From: Thecamonas trahens ATCC 50062
Lineage: Eukaryota; Protista; Apusomonadida
DNA length: 64,000 nucleotides
Assembly (NCBI RefSeq): GCF_000142905.1
Contig: NW_013657669.1
Location: 496,001 to 560,000 of the forward strand
Direction: 5' to 3'
The notes under the pieces are model-generated. The model searched no databases. It worked only from the letters and a program-made list of their open reading frames with translations, and was not told where the DNA came from. Both the position numbers and the translations under genes were made by a program. This document shows, one piece after another, positions 51,116 through 60,873 of the stretch. The first letter of the stretch is position 1. Each line of letters opens with the position of its first letter.

Positions 51116-54100
51116 ATGGCAGTGCCGGTGGTGCTCGACGAGCCGGACTGGAACGGCGAATGGGTCGAGGCAGGTGCAGGACGTGGCGCGGGGGAGGGCG
51201 GGCGTGGAAGCCATGCACCGAGCACATCCATCGGATCGGTAGTGTACGACGCAGAAGAAGCATACTTTCGAGCAGCAGCTGCCGTTACCCGTGAGCAGAG
51301 TCCCCCAGAGCCGTCCGCGGCATCCCCACTCCGCCGACCGCCTTCGGCGCCTTTGCGCCGTCCGCCCTCCTCCTCGCCAGGGCAACGTTCTGCGCGAGGC
51401 AGCAACGCCAACAGAGGCCGAGGACCAGGCCAGAAGCAAGCCAAGAGGGAACCGCTGGTAGCCACGTCGGAGCCGGGTTCGCTGCAGCTTGTGCCGCATG
51501 ACGTCTTTGGCCTTCAGCGAGACTGCCATGCTGCTGCCGCAGTTCGCTTTGCCCGCTTTGACAACTCGCACTTTCCCGCCAACCCGCCGCCGGCCACCGA
51601 GCGGAGCCTCCGGCCGTCACTGGCGCACGCAGACGGAAGTGTTGGCTTTGATGGCAGCAACGATGTCAAGAAGCTGCTCAAAAGGCTTGGTATTGACACG
51701 AGCGTGGCGAAGCAGCCATCGGCATCGCCGGCAAAATCGAGGCCTGAGCCGCGACAGGCTGCGAATCGCAAGCCGCCGGCGCGGCCTGCGACGCGGCGGC
51801 GGCCGGAAAAGCCACAACGCCCGGCTGCGCCAAAGCGGCGGGCTGCGCCGAAGCAGCGGGCTCGTTCGCAGCGGGCCGCAGCTGCCGAGCCGTTGGTCGT
51901 CGAATGGCGGGCCAGCGACGATGACGACGCGGGCAGTGACCGCGATGCCGCGGTCGAGCTCGACGACGTGGCGGTGGTGCACGCGGCGCTGCAGGCGTCA
52001 TCAAGTCCGGAGGCGTCACCCGAGGCGCGAAGCGAGGCAGTGCTGGAGAGTAGGCACTCGCTTGAGGCCTCGCCGATCTTCCGCATCCAACGAGTCTCGA
52101 GTCCCGAGCCCCCGCGATCGACATCGTCAAGCCCATCGGCGAACCCATCGATGGCACCACAGCCGCTGCCTGACGCCACGTCGGATCACCTTGTGTCGAA
52201 GCTCTCTCAGAGTGCCCAGAGCGCCGAGAGCGAGCTTGTGCTTGAGCGCGGGCGGGTGTCTGACGGTGACGCTCGGATCCTACTCCGGCGCGCGCTGGCC
52301 AGCCCTATCTTGATCTCGGTCACGCTGCGGGCTGTGCGGCTGCCGCGTGGCGCACTGGCCTCTGTGCCGCTGCCGCAAACACTGACACACCTGGCAATGG
52401 TGGATATGACGCCACCGCTGACGGCGGCGTGCCTCCCGCTACTGCCACTCTCGCTTACTAGCCTCGATCTGTCGGGCAACGCTCTGGGTACGGCGCGTGG
52501 CCTGACTGCGCCGCTCGGCCACGTTCCACAACTCACTGTCCTCAATCTTGCTGACAACATCCTCTCTGACGAGGCGTGTGTAGCGCTCTCGCTCCCTGAC
52601 TCGCTGGCGGACCTCACTCTCGAGCACAACCCTCTGACCGGGCTTGGCGTCCGGCGGTTGCTGGAGAGCGTGGCGGGCTCGCTCACTTCACTCAACGTCT
52701 CGCGGACGCTGGTGAGCGGAAGCGACGCGGCGGCGATGGCGGTGGCATGCCCGCGGCTGAGCGAGTTTGACGTGCGTGGCGTTTTGTTTGACGGCGATGA
52801 AGAGTGTGAGCTGGCTCAAGCGCTGGCGAGTCACAGCTCGCTGACCCGGATTTGGGCATCTCTGGAGCCGGCCCCGCCGGACGCAGCTGCGTTTGCGCGG
52901 CCGATGCTCGAGCTGCTAGTGTCTCGCGCGGCGGCACCGTACGAGGTCTGCGATCTCGGACTCCGCCCGCGGCCAACCGGGCTTCTGGGGATGTGCAAAC
53001 AGGCGCCGCGGTCGCTGGCAATGCTGGCGCTGGTGAAAGGCGGAGTGGCGTCGTGCGATTTGCCGGAGTTGCTGAGCCTGCTCCCGCCGACACTGCACAC
53101 GCTGATCATCGAGGGCGTAGTTCTCTCGGACGCCGGAGCGCAGAGCCTAGTGGCGTGGATGGGATCGAGCACGCATCTGGGCAAACTGGTACTGCGGCGG
53201 ACGGAGCTGACAGACGAGTGGCTGGCAGCTATTTCACGAGTTGTCCCTCACTCGCTCAGGTACATGGACGTGAGCGGCAACTCGCTGACTGACCGATCTG
53301 TAGAGCTGCTGCGGATGCTTGCGCTCGGCCTGCCGCAGCTGGAGTGGCTCGATGCCTCCCGCAACTGGATGCCCTCGCTGGAGGTTGACGGTCCCGGCTC
53401 GGTCCCGTGGTCGATCGAGGTTGCGCTCAACGGTGCGTTTGAAGTTGGCCGCGAGGGCTGGGTCGTTTTTGAGGCCTCTTCGCTCGGCACGCCGCCAGTC
53501 TCACCGCTTGTGGCGGCAGTGGCGTCCGGCGAGCCGGAGCTCGTGCGCCGAGTGCTGGACGCGTTCTATGTACCGGATCTTGTCCCGAAGCACCTGGTGA
53601 CGTCGCTGGAGACTGCGTGGAGCGTGGCTGGTGAGGCAGCCGTGGCCAGCGGCGACGCCGAGATGATTGAGGCTGTGCTGGGCAGTGCCGACGGGCGGGC
53701 GACAATGTCGCGGCTGCCGGGCACAGTGCGCGGACTGCATGACGCGCGTGCTGCGCGTGCTGTGGTAGTCGAGCTCCGGCGGGCGGTGGGGCGCCTCGCC
53801 CAGATTACTGTCGACGGCACTGTGTTTGCCACCGGTGGCCTTGTGAAGCCGTATCATCGGGCGCGAGTCCACCGCGCGGTGTACGCTGCGGTGTCCGGAG
53901 GCGAGGCGCTGCCGTTGGCGCGACTGAGGGCCGAGGGCATGCCGATGACCGAGGTGCTTACTGGGTGCATGTCCCGCGACGATGTGCTGCGGAGGACACC
54001 GCTGGACGTGGCGCTGGCAGCAGGCGACGCGCGGGTGGCGCGGCATGTGTTGGCGGCGATGCCGCGGGCACTCGTGGAGCAGGTATTTGTGGCAGCACTT

Positions 54101-55415
54101 GCTGACGACGACGATCTCCTGGCTCCACTCGAGTATGCGGCGAGGTCAGGAAGCGTGGCTGCGGTTCGATTTGTCCTCCGGCATCCGGTGCTGGGCAAGG
54201 TCCGGCGTGACGTTGCGGGCAAGTGGATTCCGTACCGAGCCAAGGGCGCGCTGCACATTGTGGAGCTTCTTAACAACGGCTACTTGCTGCAGGCGCAACC
54301 GGGGCACCCAAGCCCGTGCGCCGCGGAATGTGCGCGGGGCCTGCTCGCGGAGCAAGCCGTGCGATGCGTGCTGTGGCGAGCGGGACAGTGGGCGGAGTTG
54401 ACGGGACACTGCTGGTGTTCCGAGCGGCCGGCGCCATGGCTGTGTCAGCATTGGCTAGCAGCGGGGACCGGTGCAAGCGACGGCATCGATGTACGCTCAG
54501 CAGCACTGGGCTGCGAGTGGCGTGACGCTGTTGGCTGCGCTTGCCATGCTGTGCACGATAGTTGCTGGCGTGTTGTGGCCGAGCTGTGCGTCGCTGATTG
54601 GCGGCGGAGTGATGGTAGTTGCAGGAGCATGGGTGGGCGTGCTGGCACGCGGCGCGCGATACCTGCTAGGCACGGCGACGCGGACGACATCCAAGTACCG
54701 GGCGCTGGACGCAGTGTTGTTTGGATGCGTCGCGGTGGTGATGGCGTGCAGCGGGCTTGAGATCGGCGAGTTTGGGATGGATGTCGTTGACGGACTGTTG
54801 GGCTTTTCGACCCATGATGGCTACAGGTTCAGCTTTTGGCTGGCTGTCATTGGAGCTGGCGCGGTGTTTGTGACGGTCTCGCGGCAGATGCGGGCAGTGG
54901 CGAGCTTGACAACGCGGTGGCAGTCGCCGTCTGCTTCTGGCGCGGTGCGACGGTCGCTGTCAGGACTTGCGGCGCTTGGAACATCGCAGACGGTGTGGCT
55001 CTGGCTCCTAGCTCACATCTGCTTTGCGCTCCGCAGCGATGCGATCGACAACACGTGGCAGATCCGCGAGCGAGTGGCCGGCGGGCTGATTGTGGGCGCA
55101 CCGCTGGCATGGGCATGGGCAGGCATTGCGGTCCGCAACGAGCCGCTTGGCGCGATGGCGCGACTGACGTCGATCCTCCGCTGGACTCTTTACGTTGTGC
55201 TTGTGTGTGGATGGGCGCAGCTTGCCGGTCGGTCGGAGAGAAGCCGCCGGCTCGGGCTCGGCATCGTGGCCGCGGTTGTAGGGATGCTCGATGTTGGGGT
55301 GGTCACTCTCGCGCCGCGTGTAGGTGGCGCTGAAGCTGTGATAGGACTTGCTGCTGGCGTTGCTGTGGCGGTGGTGGGCGGAGTCGGTATTGTCGCAGCT
55401 GTTGTATGGGCGTAA
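51116..55415 (+). CDS. LRR + ankyrin-like + multi-TM protein, apparently one gene with two 1-nt frame breaks (~54283, ~54465)
   Basis: RNI-type LRRs (LTSLDLSGNAL, LNLADNILSDEA, MDVSGNSLTDRS), ankyrin-like TPLDVALAAGD and PLEYAARSGSVAAVRFVL, then a hydrophobic ORF 54471-55415. Two single-base insertions join the three frames. Confidence 0.6.
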
Positions 55416-55682
55416 ATCGTGTGTGCCGGCAGCGGCAGGCGGCAGGCGGCAGGCGGCGGACGAGTGACGGCGGCGAGTGCGACACGCGACTTTGTGGGTA
55501 ACAGCGCGGGGGAGTAGGACGGAGACAGGGATCAGGACAGGTCATAGAGAGCAGGCTAAGCGTCAGTAACTGCCCGTGGAGAGTGACGGTGGCCGTGTGC
55601 TGGTCAACGAGGCGTAGGGCAGAAGAACCCGCGCGTGGCGAGCTTGACAGACGGGCCGAGGCGAGGGCGACACGGCATAGGC

Positions 55683-56296
55683 ATGTCGTTCTTCAAGTCG
55701 CTTCCGAGTGCGGGTGCGTTTACCGAAGTGGAGGTGGGGGCGGCTGGCGGCGGAGGCGGAGGCGGCGGCAGTGGGTATGTGGCGCCGCAGGAGCCGCAGC
55801 TGCGGCGGGCGCTGCCGAGCGGCGACCAGCGTCCGCCGGCGGGACAGTCGATCGGGACAGACTCGACACACATTCTGATTCGGGCACTTTCCGAGGCCAA
55901 GGCGAAGCGCAAGTCGCAAGTGCCCGGGGCATCGACGTCGACGTCGACGTCAGCGTCTGCAGCGGCGTCTGCGTCCGCGGCGTCGCGGAAGCGCAAGTCG
56001 TCTGTGAGCCACGGCGCGTCGCCGAGCAAGCGGGCGAAGAGCTTGGCGGCTGCGGCAGTGTCGACGGCGACATCGACGACGGCATCGGCGGCATCGACGG
56101 CATCGACGGCATCGACAGCATCAGTGGCGACAGGAGCCAGGTCCAGCTCGGGCTTGTTCGACATGGGCCGGGTGGTGCGGATGAAGTTGCCGGAGCTTCG
56201 TGAGCTCTGCCAGCAGTTTGGCTCTCGACGCGAGGATCCAAGACTTCGCTGGTGGACCGGCTGCGGTTGTTCAACAGCCAGCATGCGTCGGGCTGA
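55683..56296 (+). CDS. DDA1: DET1/DDB1-associated protein 1 with C-terminal SAP domain; 1-nt frame break at ~56221
   Basis: MSFFKSLPS...PPAGQSIGTDSTHILIRAL matches DDA1 (FLKGLP...PSEQIIVTEKTNILLRYL). The repaired frame gives SAP motif MKLPELRELCQQFGLSTRGSKTSLVDRL. Confidence 0.8.
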
Positions 56297-56851
56297 TTGT
56301 AGCACCATGGCGAGTGAGTCTGGTCGCTCCGGAGCTGAAGCCAACTGTGGGTCGGGGGGTGGGCAGCGAGGCAGGGAGCTTAGGGACCCATGAAGACACG
56401 AGACAGAAGTGATGGTACACGGGAGCGGCAGCGTGAGAGTGTGAAAGAAAGCAGTGCCATCAGCGGCGGAGTTTGGTAGTGTGTTAGGGCTCGGGGCGTG
56501 GTGAGAGGCAGTCCACGTGAATTGAGATGACGATTTTTTTGGTTACCAACCGTCCGCCCGGTGGAGCGGGGCTTGTGGAGGAGGTGGAGGGCTTGGTACG
56601 CGAGGCAGGGAGAGGGGCACTTGTCACCGACGCACCGACTCAGCGACACACACGTCTCATACGAGCAAGTAGGCAGGAATGGATGCTGGGCGCGAAAAGG
56701 CACGCGTCGGAAGCGGCCGGCTCGCAAGGCTCGGACTCAGGAACGGAGCGACGTCCAGCAGGTTTTGGTGAATTCTGAGGGAGGAGCTAAAGCGAGCGGG
56801 AAGAGCGGCGGGAAGAGCGGCGGGAAGAGCGGCGGGAAGAGCGGGACGGCC

Positions 56852-58121
56852 ATGCCAAGGCTTGCTGCGTTGCAGGATGGCAAGCGGACACGTGCGAGGC
56901 GGCTGTCCAAGGCTCTGGTGCTCAACCGGGTTATGGACGTCAAGACGCCGCTGGTGGAAGGCAAGGCCAAGGCCAAGGTAGTGGGAGGAAAGGGCAAGGG
57001 CGATGTACTGTACCTTGTTCTCAGCCCAGTGGAGATCCGGGGCGCGGCCGCCAAGAACAAGCCGTCGCGGTTCCGGTTCGATGTGGCCGACGTGGTAGAG
57101 GCTGTGCTCGACGGCGACGTGGTCCGTGTGATGGTGCGGAGCGAGACAGCGACGTTTGCGCCAGGAGCACCCGTGGTGGAGGGCGATGCGACGCCGCCGA
57201 CCGAGGCGTTGGCGATCATGGCGTGCAGTGGCGGCCCGCCGATTTCTGTCTGGCACGACGCGCTGGAGCAGGCGATCCGGTTTGCGGCCGCGGTTGCTGC
57301 CGAGCCGAGCATTGCGGTGCGGATGCGCAAGATGGGTGGGCACGAGTTTGTCATTGCGCGTGCGATCGGGGTGGGGACTGGTACCGACTTTGCCGGGCCG
57401 TTTAAGACTGCGGCGCTTGTGGAGGCGACGTCGCGCGAGTTGCGGGTGTTTGACAAGGTGGGTAAGCCTGCGCGGGTTGTGGTGCCGTGGGGCGAGGCGT
57501 TTGGGCGGTGCCAGGACCTGTCGGACCCGTTTGTGGTTGTGGTTGTGGGCACCGGCGACGGCGACGATGGCGGCGAGCCGCTTGTGGCGCTTCGATTTGA
57601 GAATGCTGGGGCTGCCGGGCGATGGAAAGACATTGTGGCTGGTGCGGTGAGCGCGGTCCGCGAGGCGGGCGAAGTTGTGGTCAAGGAGACCGAGGTGCTG
57701 AAGGAGGGCATTCTGAAGAAGGGCACCGAGTCCGGCAAGTGGGTGACGCGGTACTTTGAGCTGACGCCGGAGCGGCTCGACTACGCCGGCAAGAAGGGCA
57801 AGCCGCTGAAGGGCTCTGTGGAGCTGATGGACGTGCTTAATGTCAACCTTGAAGAGCCCAAGTCGAAGCACACAACCCAGAGCGGCAAGACACTTAAGTT
57901 CCCGACGCCCGGGTTCTCGATTGCGACGCGATATCGGACGTTCTACTTTTCGTCGCGGATGATGGGCGACTGCCAGGCGTGGGTCCAGGCCATCCGCGAT
58001 GCAGTGGCGGCGCTTGTGGCGCGCGAGAAGGAGGCGCTCATGGCTGTCTTGCGCGAGGAAGCCGAGGTGACAGCGGCGCTCGAGGCCGGGCCCGGCGAGT
58101 CCGAGGGCGAGAGTACGCGCA

Positions 58122-58154
<33 letters not shown>

Positions 58155-59139
58155 GCGACGACGATATTGGTTCTGGCGGAGAGGGCGAGATTGAGGACGC
58201 GGCTGGGCCTGGGCCTGAAGTTGCGGTGGGGGTGAGGGTGAGGTTGGGGCCGAGGCCGAGGCTGATGGTGTGGTTGAGGTTGAGGCTGATGGTGTGGCTG
58301 AGGCTGGGGCTGATGCTAATGCTGATGCTGATGCTGATGCTGAGGCTGAGGTTGATGCAGAGGTCGATGCTGATGCTGATGCTGATGCTGAGGCTGAGGT
58401 TGATGCTGAGGTCGATGGTGTGGCCGAGACTTTGGCCGAGACTGAGGCCGAGGCTGAGACTGAGGCTGAGACCGAGGCCGAGACCGAGGCCGAGACTGAG
58501 ACTGAGGCCGAGACTGTGGCCGAGACCGAGGCCGAGACTGTGGCCGAGACTGAGGCCGAGACTGAGGCCGAGACCGATGTTGTGGCCGAGACTGTGGCCG
58601 AGACCGAGGCCGAGACTGTGGCTCAGACCGATGTTGTGGCCGAGACTGTGGCCGAGACCGAGGCCGAGACTGAGGCCGAGACCGAGGCTGAGACCGATGC
58701 TGCGGCCGAGACTGAGGCTGAGACCGAGGCCGAGACCGAGGCCGAGACTGAGACTGCGGCCGAGACCGAGGCCGAGACCGAGGCCGAGACCGAGGCCGAG
58801 ACCGAGGCCGAGACCGAGGCCGAGACCGAGGCCGAGACCGAGGCCGAGACCGAGGCCGAGACCGAGGTCGAGACTGAGGCCGAGACTGTGGCCGAGACCG
58901 AGGCCGAGACCGAGGCCGAGACCGCGGCCGAGACCGAAGCTGAGACCGATGCGGCCGACACCGCGCCCGAGGCCAGCGCACAGGCTGTTGATCCCAAACC
59001 CACTCCGCTCCCGGCCCACCTTCAGGCGTCTTTCGATTGGACCGCACCGGCAACGCCCGAGCCCACGGCACCCATCGCCGCTGTCTCGACTGCACTCGAC
59101 GACTTTGACTTTGGCGCCGTCGAGTTTGACGACGAGTGA
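56852..59139 (+). CDS. PH-domain protein with long acidic (ETEA)n tail; 1-nt frame break at ~58230
   Basis: PH domain VLKEGILKK...[10 protein letters not shown]...LKGSVEL...RTFYF....CQAWVQAI, with further PH-like segments upstream. Adding one G to the G5 run joins the acidic ORF 58270-59139. Confidence 0.8.
58420..58950 (+). repeat. 12-bp coding tandem repeat (GAGACYGAGGCY) encoding ETEA
   Basis: Dozens of near-identical units. Confidence 0.95.
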
Positions 59140-59312
59140 TACAAGCTGCTGCGCCCTCCGAATCCGACTCCCCATACCTTCCTCATCAAAGAAGCAACCA
59201 TGTGTATCATCTTCCCGGCTAGGCAACCAGTGTGTCAGTCCACGCGAGCCCACGTGGCACCGCCACCACTCGCGCTCGCGCCTGCCGGCCAACACTCGAC
59301 GCCAGCGCGCAC

Positions 59313-60134
59313 ATGCTGCCGAGCGAGCTCTGGGAAGATGTCCTGACCAGGTGGCCATACTCAGAGAGAATGTTCTTTGTTGTCGGCTTTATGACTGTCC
59401 ACGAGCTTGTGTTTGTCGGGCTCTCGGGCGCCATTGCAGCGGTAGGCGCCGCAGGCCTCCTCGAACGGTACCGCATCCAGCAGCGGACACCGTCACGATC
59501 GCTGGTGGTAGCATGCATCAAGAGCTTGCTGGTGGGGCATCTGATTGTCCAGCCTCTCCAGCTGTTCCTCCTCTACCCGGTGTTTGTGGCCCTCGGCATG
59601 TCGGCCGATCCGGCGGACATGCCCTCGGCGGCCGTGGCCATCGCCCAGCTCCTCGCCTGCTTTGTCATCAACGAGACCGGGTTCTACTGGTCACATCGGT
59701 GGCTCCATTCCGAGTGGCTCTTCAAGACCGTTCATGCACGACACCACAAGTTCGGCTCGACCATCGGCATCGCCGCCGAGTACGCCCATCCGTTTGAACA
59801 GCTCGTTTCCAACGGCTTGCCGACCATCGGCGGCCCGCTGCTCCTTGGCACTCACATGTCCATCACATTTCTCTGGCTCGCTATTCGCATCTATCTCACC
59901 GTCGACAACCACTGCGGCTTCGCCCTACCCTGGTCGCCTGCGCACTGGGGCGGCGCGGCCAAGGTCAACCCGTTTGCCTCGCACCCGCTCGCCCACAACT
60001 TTCACCACTCGCACAACTCTGGCTGCTACGGCGGCAACTCGTTCTTCTGGGACTGGATCATGGGCACCGACGCTGACTTTAACCACCATCTCGCCGCCAT
60101 CAACAGCGCGGAAAAGTCGGCCAAGGCCGAGTAG
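59313..60134 (+). CDS. Fatty acid hydroxylase / sterol desaturase family (C-4 methylsterol oxidase-like)
   Basis: His boxes YWSHRWLH, VHARHH, AEYAHPFE, DNHCG, HNFHH..N.G.YG....WDWIMGTD. Confidence 0.9.
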   Translation: MLPSELWEDVLTRWPYSERMFFVVGFMTVHELVFVGLSGAIAAVGAAGLLERYRIQQRTPSRSLVVACIKSLLVGHLIVQPLQLFLLYPVFVALGMSADPADMPSAAVAIAQLLACFVINETGFYWSHRWLHSEWLFKTVHARHHKFGSTIGIAAEYAHPFEQLVSNGLPTIGGPLLLGTHMSITFLWLAIRIYLTVDNHCGFALPWSPAHWGGAAKVNPFASHPLAHNFHHSHNSGCYGGNSFFWDWIMGTDADFNHHLAAINSAEKSAKAE

Positions 60135-60873
60135 TAGCGCACGGCATCCGAGCCGCTGGCTTGCCGCCACCGTCAGGCGTCATCCGCCCGCGATCCGCCA
60201 GCCACGTCTCCTTCCTCATCGCCACCAGCCACGGTTGGCTTTCCCGGCGGCACAACACCGTAGCCAAACTCTGTGATCTCCTTGCAGTGGACGCAGTAGT
60301 CGACAGCAAACGATGCGTTGGACGAGCCCGGGTTGCCCTCATTCCCGCACCGCACACACCGCCGCTTGTCGTCTCCGTCCCCCAGCCTCTTGCAGGCAAG
60401 TCTCTTTTCCATTGCTGACATGCTGCGCGCCCGTAGTTGATGCGCACGAGAGAGATGGGCCGGGCTTGGGGGCTATTGGCGTGCCTATGCGATCATGGCG
60501 AGTGGGCAAGCATCACACGAGCAGGAAAATATGCATCAATAGCTGTTGAGGCCACCCGTCGATGCGACCGGCATGTGACGTGGGTGTCGCTGCCTGGGGG
60601 GCGGGGTCCGAGGCGGGGGCAGGGATGGGATCGGGACCAGGGGCGACTCGCGCAGCGATCGGGTCGCTAGCGCGAGGTGCCAAGGTGCTGAGCGGCTCGC
60701 TGCACCCATCGTCATGAAATGGCTTGATGTAAAGACATAGCGTACGCGGGCAACAATTGCTGTGGCCGAATCAGTGGGTACAGATGGTGATGGAGTGGCG
60801 TGTTGGGCTCTCGGGACGGGAGCGAGTGGGGCGGCGCAACTCGTCTCTGCGTACCCAAGCGGCCACCGACACC

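Noticed and set aside
57943-59358. (GL)n, (SRP)n and (SVSA)n minus-strand ORFs
   Set aside because: They are alternative-frame readings of the 12-bp ETEA repeat.
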